Positions 18,788 through 28,402 of a stretch of DNA of 48,969 bases are shown piece after piece. A program made the position numbers and the translations under genes. Location: contig JACORV010000012.1 in NCBI GenBank assembly GCA_016179225.1, positions 1-48,969 of the forward strand. Direction: 5' to 3'. The stretch comes from Gemmatimonadota bacterium. Lineage in GTDB: Bacteria > Gemmatimonadota > Gemmatimonadetes > Gemmatimonadales > JACORV01. The notes below the pieces were generated by a model. The model worked only from the letters and a program-made list of their open reading frames with translations. It did not search any database and was not told the DNA's origin. Numbering within the stretch: position 1 is the first letter of the stretch; each line of letters begins with the position of its first letter.

Positions 18788-20113
18788 ATGGCGGAGATGG
18801 CGACGAGCGTACTTCTCGCCGCGGAGCGGGAAGCGCCCGCGGGGGAGTGTCTCCCGCACGTTGTCGCGTGGAACCTCACGCGGCGCTGCAATCTCCGCTG
18901 CTCCCATTGCTACATCTCCGCCGGCCCGTCCGAGTCCGCGGCCGGCGAGCTCGACACGGCGGCGTGCCGCCGCGTCATCGAGCAGCTGCTGGCGGTGAAC
19001 CCAGCCCCGATGCTGATCCTGTCGGGCGGCGAGCCGCTGCTCAGGGATGACCTCCCCGCGATTGCGTCGTACGCCGCCCGGCGCGGCGCCACCGTCGTGG
19101 TGGGCACCAACGGGACGCTCCTCACCGAGGAGCGCATCGTCGGGCTCATGGAGGCGGGCGTCACCGGGGTGGCGGTGAGTGTGGACTCGCTGCGGCCCCG
19201 CTATCACGACAGTTTCCGCCGCAAGACCGACGCGCTGGCCGACACGATGGGCGCGATCGAGCGGCTCCGGACCCGCCGGCTCGACTTCATCGTGCAGACG
19301 ACCGCCACCCGCGGGAACAAGAGCGAGGTGCCGGCGCTGATCGAGTGGGCCGCCGCACAGGGCGCCGTGGCGTTCAACCTCTACTTCCTGGTGCCGACGG
19401 GGCGCGGCGGCCAGCTCACGGATCTGACGGCGTCCGAGTACGAGGCGCTCCTGGGCGTGCTCGCCGATTACGAGCGCCGGTACCGCGGTGCCATGATGGT
19501 GCGCGCCAAGTGCGCGCCGCACTTCATCCGGCGCGTGTACGAGGAGTCCCCGGGCTCGCCCGTCCTCAACTACCAGACCCGCTGCCCCTGCGGGATCCAG
19601 TACTGCCGGATCACGCCCGAGGGCGCGATCACCCCCTGCCCCTACCTGCCCACGATCGCAGGAGACCTGCGCACCCAGACCTTCGGCGAGATCTGGAATG
19701 GCTCGCCGGTCTTCGCCGACCTCAGGCGGCGGGAGCTGGGCGGCAAGTGCGGGCGCTGCGAGTACCGCCTCATCTGCGGGGGATGCCGGGCGCGCGCCTT
19801 CGCCTCAACCGGCGATTACCTCGCGGCCGACCCGTCGTGCGTCTACGAGCCCCCGGGCGACCGGCCGCTGATCGAGCGGCCCGCGGTGGCGTACGGCACG
19901 CCTGTGGCGCCGACGCTGGCCTGGTCGCCCGAAGCGGAAGAGCGCATGCGCCGCATCCCGTCCTTCGTGCGCGGCGTGGTGATGAGGCGCGTGGAGGACT
20001 TCGCGCGCGCCCGCGGTCTCGGCACCGTCACGCCGGAGCTGCTGAGCGAGATCCGCGGCGCCATGCCAATCGACTTCTCCCGGCGCAAACCCTTCTTCGT
20101 GCGCGATGACTGA
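18788..20113 (+). CDS. Radical SAM/SPASM protein (AhbD/NirJ-like) with C-terminal PCP_red-like domain
   Basis: WNLTRRCNLRCSHC, SGGEPL; SPASM Cys pattern CPCG..C...PC...KCGRCEY..CGGCRARA...DPSC; tail WSPEAEERMRRIPSFVR. Confidence 0.88.
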   Translation: MAEMATSVLLAAEREAPAGECLPHVVAWNLTRRCNLRCSHCYISAGPSESAAGELDTAACRRVIEQLLAVNPAPMLILSGGEPLLRDDLPAIASYAARRGATVVVGTNGTLLTEERIVGLMEAGVTGVAVSVDSLRPRYHDSFRRKTDALADTMGAIERLRTRRLDFIVQTTATRGNKSEVPALIEWAAAQGAVAFNLYFLVPTGRGGQLTDLTASEYEALLGVLADYERRYRGAMMVRAKCAPHFIRRVYEESPGSPVLNYQTRCPCGIQYCRITPEGAITPCPYLPTIAGDLRTQTFGEIWNGSPVFADLRRRELGGKCGRCEYRLICGGCRARAFASTGDYLAADPSCVYEPPGDRPLIERPAVAYGTPVAPTLAWSPEAEERMRRIPSFVRGVVMRRVEDFARARGLGTVTPELLSEIRGAMPIDFSRRKPFFVRDD

Positions 20114-21851
20114 CCTCTTCCCGTTCCTCCAGGCGGCGGCCGACACAGCCGGGGCCTACCACGCCTTTCCCGTCATCGGAAGCCGCGCCGCCACGTGGAT
20201 CGCGGCCGAAGTCCACCTGATGTTCGCCGCCTTCGTCCTCGGCGTGCCGATGTTCGCCGTCATCACCGAGGCGGTCGGCATCTTCACCAAAGATGAGCGC
20301 TACCGGGAGCGGTACGACCGGCTCTCCAAGGAGTTCACGCGCCTCCTGCTGGTGGCCTACAGCGCCACCGCCATCTGGGGTGCGGTGCTCGTCTTCTTCC
20401 TCACCACGCTCTACCCGCGGTTCTGGAACCACATGACAGAGATCTTCCAGCTGTCGATGTGGATCTACGTCGGGCTGTTCTTCGTCGAGTCGTTCACCCT
20501 GTACCTCTACTACTACGGCTGGGACCGCTGGAACAAGGGCCGGGCAAAGTACTGGCATTGGACGCTGGGCATCCTGCTCAACGTCTGGGGCACCGCCGTC
20601 ATGCTGATCGCCAACGGCTGGCTCACCTACATGATGAGCCCGCCCGCGGGCGTCACCGCGCAGACCCTGCCCTCCGAGGTCGGCCTCTGGAACGCCATCG
20701 CCAACGCTACCTGGATGCCGATCAACATCCACCGCCTCATCGCCAACGCCGTCTTCGGCGGATCGATCGTCGCCGCCTACGCGGCCTACCGCTTCCTCGC
20801 GGCCCGGACCGACGAGGAGCGCGCGCACTACGACTGGATGGGCTACGTCGGCAACTTCGTCGCGATCTCCACCTTCATCGTCCTGCCCTTCGCCGGCTAC
20901 TGGCTGGGCCGCGAGTTTTACGAGTACAACCAGCAGCTCGGCATCACGATGATGGGCGGCTTCATGAGCTGGCTCTGGATCCTCCAGGCGTTCCTGATCG
21001 GCGTCCTGTTTCTGGCCGGCAACTACTACCTCTGGATAGGCATGGGCCGCATCCCAGGGGCCGAGCGTTACCGGCCGTACACCAAGTGGCTGCTCATCAT
21101 CCTGATCCTTGGTGTCATCGTGTGGTCTACCCCACACACCATGATCGCGAGCCGCCAGGAGCTCGAGGCGATGGGTGGATCGCACCACCCCTTCCTCGGC
21201 GTGCTCGGCGTCATGAGCGCCAAGAATACCGCCGTGAACCTGATGATCCTCACCACCTTCCTGTCCTTCCTGTTCTACCGGCGCGCCAACAAGCGGCCCG
21301 TCGCGCCGTGGGCGAAGCAGGGGATGCTCGCCCAGTGGATCATGTTCGCGATCGCCGCGATGGTCGTGCTCTTCTTCGGCGTGTACGGTTACTTCGTGTC
21401 CGCCATCGTGCGCATCGGCTTCAGCGTGTACCAGGTGCTCGCCGTGCTCACCACCATCGTGGTGGTCACGACGCTGGACATCTTCCTGCTGCGCGGCGCG
21501 GAATCCAGGGGGGAGATCCGCTGGGGCCAGATGCCCGAACGCTCCCAGTACGCCCTGTTCATCCTGGCCGTGACGTTCACGTGGCTGATGGGGCTCATGG
21601 GCTTCGCGCGCAGCGGCATCCGCCAGCACTGGCACGTCTTCGAGGTCATGCGCGACACCAGCCCGGACGCGGTGACCCCCGCCCTGGGCTACGCCTCGAT
21701 CATGATCAGCGTCTGCGTGCTCATCTTCCTGGGGCTGGTCTCGTTCATCTTCTGGCTCTCCGAGCTGGGCACCAAGCCGGCGGAGGCGCACGCCCCCGCG
21801 GCGCCCGCCCCCGGCGCGGGGCCGGCGACCGCTCCCGCGCCCGGGGACTGA
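20106..21851 (+). CDS. Cytochrome bd subunit I (CydA)-like membrane protein, non-canonical (no Q-loop, no cydB)
   Basis: EVHLMFAAFVLGVP, FFVESF.LY.Y..GWDR, ANGW...MMSP, NIHR, and RQHW (compare GRQPW); many TM helices. Confidence 0.8.
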   Translation: MTDLFPFLQAAADTAGAYHAFPVIGSRAATWIAAEVHLMFAAFVLGVPMFAVITEAVGIFTKDERYRERYDRLSKEFTRLLLVAYSATAIWGAVLVFFLTTLYPRFWNHMTEIFQLSMWIYVGLFFVESFTLYLYYYGWDRWNKGRAKYWHWTLGILLNVWGTAVMLIANGWLTYMMSPPAGVTAQTLPSEVGLWNAIANATWMPINIHRLIANAVFGGSIVAAYAAYRFLAARTDEERAHYDWMGYVGNFVAISTFIVLPFAGYWLGREFYEYNQQLGITMMGGFMSWLWILQAFLIGVLFLAGNYYLWIGMGRIPGAERYRPYTKWLLIILILGVIVWSTPHTMIASRQELEAMGGSHHPFLGVLGVMSAKNTAVNLMILTTFLSFLFYRRANKRPVAPWAKQGMLAQWIMFAIAAMVVLFFGVYGYFVSAIVRIGFSVYQVLAVLTTIVVVTTLDIFLLRGAESRGEIRWGQMPERSQYALFILAVTFTWLMGLMGFARSGIRQHWHVFEVMRDTSPDAVTPALGYASIMISVCVLIFLGLVSFIFWLSELGTKPAEAHAPAAPAPGAGPATAPAPGD

Positions 21852-21858
21852 GGCAACC

Positions 21859-22647
21859 ATGTGGCGCACCAACCTCAAGATCGTTGGCCTGGTCGTAGCG
21901 GTGCTGGGGCTCTACACCCTGGTGGCCAATAGCATCCCGCAGCTCCAGTCGGAACTCCCGCAGGCCGTCGAGCTCTCGGGCGACGTCACTCCGGAACAGC
22001 TGGTCGCGGCCGGCGAGCGCATCTACAACGGCGCCGGCGGCTGCACCGCCTGCCACGGCCTGGGCACCCGCGCGCCCAACTTGCTCACCGACGAGGGCGG
22101 CACGGGCACCATCGGCGCGCGCTGCGGAAGCCGCGTGGCCGGGATGAGCTGTAAGGATTACCTCTACCAGTCGCTGACCGAGCCGGCCGTTCACGTCGTC
22201 GAAGGCTACCAGCCCATCATGCAGGACATGCGCCGCACCCTGCCCGCCGACCAGATCTGGGCGGTCATCGCGTTCCTGGAGAGCCAGGGCGGTACGATCG
22301 ACGTGACGGCCGACGACGTGCGCTCCGCGCAGCAGCCCTCCGGAGGTGGAGGCGCCGCACCGCCGGCCGGCGCGACCGCCAGCCTCGATCCCCGCGAGAT
22401 CATGACCGCCAACGGCTGCCTGGGCTGCCACAAGCTCGGTGACCAGGGTGCGGCCGTCGGCCCGCCGTTCGACGGCATGGGCGGCCGCCTCACGTCCGAC
22501 TTCATCCGCACGTCCATCCTGAACCCTGGCGCCGCGATCGCGCGCGGCTACGAGGCCATGGCCGGCGTGATGCCCCCGACCTTCGGGCAGCAGCTCACCG
22601 CGGGGCAGCTCGAGGCTGTGGTGAGCTTCCTCTCGAGCCAGAGGTGA
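21859..22647 (+). CDS. Membrane-anchored diheme cytochrome c
   Basis: N-terminal TM segment; CTACH and CLGCH, each followed by a candidate distal Met (PIMQ, VMPP). Confidence 0.9.
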   Translation: MWRTNLKIVGLVVAVLGLYTLVANSIPQLQSELPQAVELSGDVTPEQLVAAGERIYNGAGGCTACHGLGTRAPNLLTDEGGTGTIGARCGSRVAGMSCKDYLYQSLTEPAVHVVEGYQPIMQDMRRTLPADQIWAVIAFLESQGGTIDVTADDVRSAQQPSGGGGAAPPAGATASLDPREIMTANGCLGCHKLGDQGAAVGPPFDGMGGRLTSDFIRTSILNPGAAIARGYEAMAGVMPPTFGQQLTAGQLEAVVSFLSSQR

Positions 22648-22651
22648 GCCC

Positions 22652-23509
22652 ATGAGCGAGCCCACCCCCGGCGCCCGCGTCCGGTTTCCCCGCCTGTCGC
22701 CGGCCGAGCTGCGCGCCGCGCTCCGCCATCCGTTCTGGCAGGCGGTCGCGCTCCTCGTCGGCTCATACGTCCTCTTCAAATTCGGGGTCCGGTACCTGCC
22801 GCCGCTCCTCGGGATGAAGAGCGCCCCCGTACCGGCGAGCGTGCTCACGCAGTTCATGGTCACGGCCCTCGTCGGGATCCTGATCTACGTCAGCGACAGC
22901 GAGGACCGGTGGCGCCATTTCAAGGAGCCGATCCACGCCGGGCTCGTGGACGCCGACAAGAAGTGGATCCGTGGGACGCTACTGGTGCTGGTGCCTCTGA
23001 CTGTGGCGTTCATGACGTACGAACGGGTGCGACCCAGCCTGGAGGCGGGCGCGCAGCTCCGCTCGATCCATCCCGCGCCACCCGGCACGATAACCTTCCG
23101 CGGCAAGACGATGGCCCTGGCGGGGCTGGAGAACCCGCTGCGCCAGCAGGGCAATCTAGCCGACCAGTTGGTCGAGGGGCGGCGGGTCTACTACGAGAAC
23201 TGCGTCTTCTGCCATGGCGACCGGTTCGACGGCCTGGGCCACTACGGCCACGCCTTCAACCCCGCGCCGCTCTCCTTCACGGACCCCGGCACGATCGCCC
23301 AGCTCACCGAGAGCTTCGTGTTTTGGCGCATCGCCAAGGGCGGGCGCGGCCTGCCGAGCGAGGGCACGCCCTGGAACTCCGCCATGCCCGCCTGGGAGGA
23401 CTTCCTGACGGAGGACGAGATCTGGTCGGTCATCATCTTCCTCTATGAACAGACCGGCTGGCACCCGCGCACGTGGGGGGAAGAGGGAGGCGCCGATGCG
23501 CAGCCGTAG
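22652..23509 (+). CDS. Membrane-bound monoheme cytochrome c
   Basis: Three hydrophobic segments, then ENP...CVFCHG...SAMPAW. Confidence 0.9.
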   Translation: MSEPTPGARVRFPRLSPAELRAALRHPFWQAVALLVGSYVLFKFGVRYLPPLLGMKSAPVPASVLTQFMVTALVGILIYVSDSEDRWRHFKEPIHAGLVDADKKWIRGTLLVLVPLTVAFMTYERVRPSLEAGAQLRSIHPAPPGTITFRGKTMALAGLENPLRQQGNLADQLVEGRRVYYENCVFCHGDRFDGLGHYGHAFNPAPLSFTDPGTIAQLTESFVFWRIAKGGRGLPSEGTPWNSAMPAWEDFLTEDEIWSVIIFLYEQTGWHPRTWGEEGGADAQP

Positions 23510-25112
23510 GGCGCTGGCGGGAGCCGCGGCCGGCCTCGCCGCGGGTCTGGCCTTGCTCGCCGCGGCCGCCGCGCCGCGGCACCAGCAGCCCGCCACCCAG
23601 GCCGACGACGAGGGGCGCCGCGTTTACGACAAGTGGTGCGCGGGGTGCCACGGCGAGGATGGCCGGGGGGACGGCCCAGGGGCCGGACCCGTGCTCCCCA
23701 AGCCGCGCGACTTCACCCGCGCCCTCTACCAGGTCCGCACCACGGCGACCGGCGAGATCCCCACCGACGCCGACATCCGCCACGTCGTGGACGAGGGGAT
23801 GCCCGGCACCAGCATGCCGGCCTGGAAGACCACCCTGTCGGGCGGCGAACGCGAGGCGGTCGTGCGGTACCTGAAGAGCTTCTCATCCGCCTTCGCGACC
23901 GCTCCGACGGCGCTCCGATTCGGACGGAATCCCGGCGGCGGCCGCGCGGCGGTGGACTCCGGAGGCGCGCTCTACCGCCGCATCGAGTGCTGGAAGTGCC
24001 ACGGCGAGGCCGGGCGCGGCGACGGCAGATCCGCCCCGACCCTGAAGGACGACTTCGGCAACCCGATCCGCGCCACGGACCTCACGCAGAACTGGACGTT
24101 CAACGGCGGCGCTTCGGTGGAGGACATCTACCGAGTCCTCCGGACCGGGCTCGACGGCACGCCCATGCCCTCGTTCAGCGACCTCATCGAGGGCAACATC
24201 ATCACCGACGACGACCTCTGGCGGGTCGCGACCTATGTCCGCAGCCTCTCGCCCGAAGAGCCTCCGCGCGTGCGCGACGTGGTGAGCGCGGCGCGGATCG
24301 AGGGCTCCCTCCCCGCCGGCCCGGACGACAGCGCCTGGGCGCGAGCGGACGGGTACTACTTCCCGCTGGTCGGCCAGGTGATCGTTAAGCCCCGCTGGTT
24401 CGCGCCCACGGTGAGCGGCGTCTGGGTGCAGGCGCTGCACAACGGGCAGGCACTGGCCCTGCGGGTCACCTGGCACGACCCGTCCCAGAGCCCGGACACG
24501 TCCTGGAACGTCTGGCGCGGTCGGATCACCCGCTCCATGACCTCCGACGACTCGGTGCCGGCGGACACCACTTCGCCCCTTCCCGACCGCCTGGCCGTGC
24601 AGTTCCCTGCCCGCGTTCCGAGGGGGATGGAGCGCCCTTACTTCCTCATGGGCAGCGCCGAACAACCGGTGTATCTTTGGCAGTGGGAAAGCGAGCCGAG
24701 GGCGGCCGCGGAGGGCCTGGCGAGGGGTGTGGGACAGTTCGAGCCGCTCGCGGGCGCCGCGGATACGTTGGCATCGGCCGCGGTCTACGATCATGGCGAA
24801 TGGCGCGTCCAGTTGGTGCGGGCGCTGGCCACCGCCGACTCGGCCAACCAGTTGCAGTTCGTGCCCGGTCGCGCCATCCCCATGGCGATCTTCGCCTGGG
24901 ACGGCTCGAACGGCGAGACGGGTACGCGGATGTCGGTCGGTTCCTGGGTTGCCATTTACCTGGGCGAGCCCGCGCGCGCGGGCACGTACCTGTGGCCGCT
25001 CTTGGCGATGCTCTCGACCGGCGGCCTGGGACTGGTGGTCATCGTGCGGGCGCAGCGGTCGGCAGGATCTTCGAAGCAACCTTCAGACACAGCGGATTCG
25101 GAGGCGGTATGA
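23496..25112 (+). CDS. Diheme cytochrome c fused to an ethylbenzene dehydrogenase gamma (EB_dh/DOMON)-like heme-binding domain, with C-terminal TM
   Basis: ATG 23496 follows GGAGG. Motifs CAGCHG..G.GDGP, PRDFT, GTSMP, CWKCHG, GTPMP, then W.DPS, DRLAVQFP, PYFLMG, GEWRV, FAWDG. Confidence 0.85.
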   Translation: MRSRRALAGAAAGLAAGLALLAAAAAPRHQQPATQADDEGRRVYDKWCAGCHGEDGRGDGPGAGPVLPKPRDFTRALYQVRTTATGEIPTDADIRHVVDEGMPGTSMPAWKTTLSGGEREAVVRYLKSFSSAFATAPTALRFGRNPGGGRAAVDSGGALYRRIECWKCHGEAGRGDGRSAPTLKDDFGNPIRATDLTQNWTFNGGASVEDIYRVLRTGLDGTPMPSFSDLIEGNIITDDDLWRVATYVRSLSPEEPPRVRDVVSAARIEGSLPAGPDDSAWARADGYYFPLVGQVIVKPRWFAPTVSGVWVQALHNGQALALRVTWHDPSQSPDTSWNVWRGRITRSMTSDDSVPADTTSPLPDRLAVQFPARVPRGMERPYFLMGSAEQPVYLWQWESEPRAAAEGLARGVGQFEPLAGAADTLASAAVYDHGEWRVQLVRALATADSANQLQFVPGRAIPMAIFAWDGSNGETGTRMSVGSWVAIYLGEPARAGTYLWPLLAMLSTGGLGLVVIVRAQRSAGSSKQPSDTADSEAV

Positions 25113-25891
25113 GCGGATGGCGCAGGGCGTCGGCGAAGATCGCGTTCGGGGCGTGGGTGGTGGCTGCCGGGTGCGGTAAGGGCGGGGAAAGCGGCGGTGC
25201 GGAGGGCGGTGCGGCGGCGGCCGCCACAGCGTTCCCGGTGGACACTACCACTGCTGCTACGATCACCGGCCGCATCGCCTTCACCGGGACCAAGCCCGCG
25301 ATGCAGCGGATCGACATGAGCGAGGAGGCGACCTGCGCCCAGAAGCACCCCGATGGCGCCTTCACCGAGTCGGTTGTCGTCAACGACGACGGCACGCTGC
25401 GGAACGTCTTCATCTACGTGAAGAGCGGTCTCCCCGCGAACCTCACCTTCCCGGTGCCGAGCGCGCCGGTCGAGATCGACCAAGACGGCTGCGTGTACCT
25501 GCCGCACGTCTTCGGCATTCAGGTGGGCCAGACGCTCAGCATCAGGAACAGTGACGGCCTGCTGCACAACATCAAGGCCGTGCCCACGACCAACCGGCCC
25601 TTCAACATCAGCCAGCCGATGAACATGACCACGGCGCGCACCTTCGCGAGCTCCGAGATCATGGTGCCGCTGCAGTGCAACGTGCACAGCTGGATGAGCG
25701 CTTTCGTCGGCGTGCTGCCGCACCCGTACTTCTCAGTCTCCGGCGCCGACGGCGCGTTCCGGATCGGCCGCCTCCCGCCGGGAACGTACGAGATCGAGGC
25801 CTGGCATGAGCGCCTTGGCCCGCAGACCCAGACGGTGACGGTCGGGGCGAGCGAGACCAAGGACGTCGCGTTCACCTTCCGCGGCTCCTGA
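25109..25891 (+). CDS. Lipoprotein with cupredoxin-like core and carboxypeptidase-regulatory-like domains
   Basis: Lipobox-like VAAGC; DQDGCVY.PHV, NSD..LHN, CNVHSWM, PGTYEIEAWHE. Confidence 0.8.
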   Translation: MSGWRRASAKIAFGAWVVAAGCGKGGESGGAEGGAAAAATAFPVDTTTAATITGRIAFTGTKPAMQRIDMSEEATCAQKHPDGAFTESVVVNDDGTLRNVFIYVKSGLPANLTFPVPSAPVEIDQDGCVYLPHVFGIQVGQTLSIRNSDGLLHNIKAVPTTNRPFNISQPMNMTTARTFASSEIMVPLQCNVHSWMSAFVGVLPHPYFSVSGADGAFRIGRLPPGTYEIEAWHERLGPQTQTVTVGASETKDVAFTFRGS

Positions 25892-25922
25892 GGCCGCGGG
25901 CTCTTCGGCGCGGAGAAGCCTC

Positions 25923-26639
25923 ATGCAGCATTGGTGGTTCCCGACCAGCGCCTCCAGCTACGGCGCGGAGCTGGACAATCTCTTCGTCCTGATCCTCTAC
26001 ATCACGGGGGCGGTGTTCGTCATCGTGGAGGTGGGCCTGCTGGTCTTCCTCGTCAAGTACCGGAAGCGCGAGGGCCGGAAGGCGGAATACATTGAGGGGA
26101 ACACCACCGCCGAGATCGTCTGGACGACGATTCCCGCGGTCGTGTGCGTCTTCCTGGGCCTCTTCAGCCAGCCGCTCTGGTCGCGCATAAAGGACCCGGC
26201 GCGCATCCCGGCCGACGCCATCCCGCTCGAGGTCACAGCCAAGCAGTTCGAGTGGCACTTCGGCTATCCCGGCCCCGACGGGCAGCAGGGCACCGCCGAC
26301 GATTACGGGAAGCGGAACGAGCTGCACGTCGTGGTGAACCAGAATTACCGGGTCCGGCTCCAGGCCGAGGACGTTATCCACAGCTTCTTCATCCCGGTCT
26401 TCCGCCTCAAGCAGGATGCGGTGCCGGGGATGCAGATCATGGCCTGGTTCAGGCCCACGCGGACCGGCCAGTTCGAACTGGCCTGCGCCGAGCTCTGCGG
26501 CCTCGGTCATTACCGCATGCGCGCGCGCGTCTTCGTGCACACCCCGGAGGAGTTCGCGGCCTGGCAGGCCAGCCAGATCGCGCCCACCACTCCGGCCGCC
26601 TCCGACACCACAGCGAGCAGCGGGAGGACCGCTAGATGA
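25923..26639 (+). CDS. coxB: Cytochrome c oxidase subunit II
   Basis: EIVWT..P, QFEW.F.YP, DVIHSF, KQDAVPG, CuA motif CAELCGLGHYRM. Confidence 0.97.
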   Translation: MQHWWFPTSASSYGAELDNLFVLILYITGAVFVIVEVGLLVFLVKYRKREGRKAEYIEGNTTAEIVWTTIPAVVCVFLGLFSQPLWSRIKDPARIPADAIPLEVTAKQFEWHFGYPGPDGQQGTADDYGKRNELHVVVNQNYRVRLQAEDVIHSFFIPVFRLKQDAVPGMQIMAWFRPTRTGQFELACAELCGLGHYRMRARVFVHTPEEFAAWQASQIAPTTPAASDTTASSGRTAR

Positions 26640-28387
26640 CCACCGCAGGTGTGGCCGCCGAGCACCTGGAGCACGCGCTCCACGATGACCGGCCGTTCAT
26701 CCGGAAGTACGTCTTCTCGACCGATCACAAGATCATCGGCATCCAGTTCCTCTTCCTGAGCCTGTTCTTCCTGCTGGTGGGCGGCGTCCTCGCGATGGTG
26801 ATCCGCTGGCAGCTCGGGTTCCCGGGCAAGGCGATGCCGCTCCCCGGCGCGTGGCCAAGCACCATGGCGCCCGACGGCGTGGTGCTCCCCGAGTTCTACA
26901 CCGCGCTGGTGACCATGCACGGCACGTTCATGGTTTTCTTCGCCATCATGCCGCTCTTGGTGGGGGTGTTCGCGAACTACCTGATCCCGCTCAAGATCGG
27001 GGCGCCGGACATGGCTTTCCCCAGGCTCAACATGTGGTCGTTCTGGTTGATGATCCCGGCCGGGGCGCTCATGGTGGCCGGTTTCTTCGTGGAGGGCGGC
27101 GCGGCGTCCTCCGGCTGGACCGGCTACGCGCCGCTCTCGGCCAACCCGGAGTACACCGGCGCCACGTACGGCCAGCAGCTCTGGTGCCTCAGCCTCATCG
27201 TCTTCGCGCTCTCTTCGCTGCTGGGCTCCGTCAACTACATCACCACGGTCGTGAACCTGCGCGCCCCGGGGATGACGTGGTTCCGGCTGCCGCTCTCGAT
27301 CTGGGCGCTGTTCATCACCGCGATCCTCGCGCTCCTGGCGGTGCCGATCCTCGCCGGCGCCCTCATCATGCTCCTCTTCGATGTCGTCCTGCACACCAAC
27401 TTCTTCCTGCCGGCCGGCGGCGGGCAGCCCCTGATGTGGCAGCACCTCTTCTGGTTCTTCGGCCACCCGGAGGTGTACATCCTGATCCTGCCGGCCATGG
27501 GTATCGCCTCCGACCTCATCGCCAACGGGTCGCGCAAGCCCATCTTCGGCTACCACTCGATGGTCTACGCGATCTGCGGCATCGCCTTCCTCGGCTGGGT
27601 GGTGTGGGGCCACCACATGTTCCAGAGCGGCATGAACCCGCGGCTCGGAACCACCTTCATGGTCTCGACGATGTTCATCGCCGTGCCGTCGGCCATCAAG
27701 GTGTTCAACTGGATGGGCACGATGTGGCGTGGGAATATCCACTTCACCACGCCGATGCTGAACGGAATCGCCTTCGTCGCGATGTTCACCATCGGCGGGC
27801 TCAGCGGCATCTTCATGGCCGCCACGCCGGCGGACATGTACATCCACGACACGTACTACATCGTGGCGCACATCCACTACGTCCTGTTCGGCGGCAGCCT
27901 CTTCGCGATCTTCGGCGGCATCTACTTCTGGTTCCCGAAGATGTTCGGGAAGATGATGAGCGAAAGGCTGGGCAAGATCCACTTCGCGCTCACGTTCGTC
28001 GCCTACAACCTGACGTTCTTCCCGATGCACATCCTAGGCATCGGCGGCCACATGCGGCGCATCTACGACCCGTCGCAGTACGAGTTCCTGCGCCCGCTCC
28101 AGCCGATGAACGAGTTCATCTCCTTGAGCGCGTTCGCGCTGTTCATCAGCCAGCTGCCGTTCATCTGGAACTTCTTCCACAGCCTCTTCTGGGGGAAGAA
28201 GGCCGACATCAATCCGTGGCACGACAACGGCCTCGAGTGGACGGCTCCTTCGCCCCCGCCGCACGGCAACTTCGAGACGACGCCGACCGTGTACCACGGC
28301 CCGTACGAGTTCAGCCGGCCCGACATGGAGCAGGACTACCTGCCCCAGAACCAGCCCCTCCCGGCCCCGCAGCCGGTCGCCCACTGA
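26636..28387 (+). CDS. ctaD: Cytochrome c oxidase subunit I, A1 type
   Basis: TDHK.IG, TMHG, DMAFPRLN, WFFGHPEVY, WGHHM, HDTYYIVAHIHY. Confidence 0.98.
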   Translation: MTTAGVAAEHLEHALHDDRPFIRKYVFSTDHKIIGIQFLFLSLFFLLVGGVLAMVIRWQLGFPGKAMPLPGAWPSTMAPDGVVLPEFYTALVTMHGTFMVFFAIMPLLVGVFANYLIPLKIGAPDMAFPRLNMWSFWLMIPAGALMVAGFFVEGGAASSGWTGYAPLSANPEYTGATYGQQLWCLSLIVFALSSLLGSVNYITTVVNLRAPGMTWFRLPLSIWALFITAILALLAVPILAGALIMLLFDVVLHTNFFLPAGGGQPLMWQHLFWFFGHPEVYILILPAMGIASDLIANGSRKPIFGYHSMVYAICGIAFLGWVVWGHHMFQSGMNPRLGTTFMVSTMFIAVPSAIKVFNWMGTMWRGNIHFTTPMLNGIAFVAMFTIGGLSGIFMAATPADMYIHDTYYIVAHIHYVLFGGSLFAIFGGIYFWFPKMFGKMMSERLGKIHFALTFVAYNLTFFPMHILGIGGHMRRIYDPSQYEFLRPLQPMNEFISLSAFALFISQLPFIWNFFHSLFWGKKADINPWHDNGLEWTAPSPPPHGNFETTPTVYHGPYEFSRPDMEQDYLPQNQPLPAPQPVAH

Positions 28388-28402
28388 GGAGAACGACGCG
28401 CG

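Noticed and set aside
20106-21851. Canonical cytochrome bd quinol oxidase (cydA)
   Set aside because: No cydB in the window, no Q-loop K/E motif and an altered GRQPW region, so no gene symbol was assigned.
23496-25112. Nitrite oxidoreductase or DMSO-reductase-family complex
   Set aside because: An EB_dh-like domain is present, but there is no molybdopterin or Fe-S beta subunit in the window.
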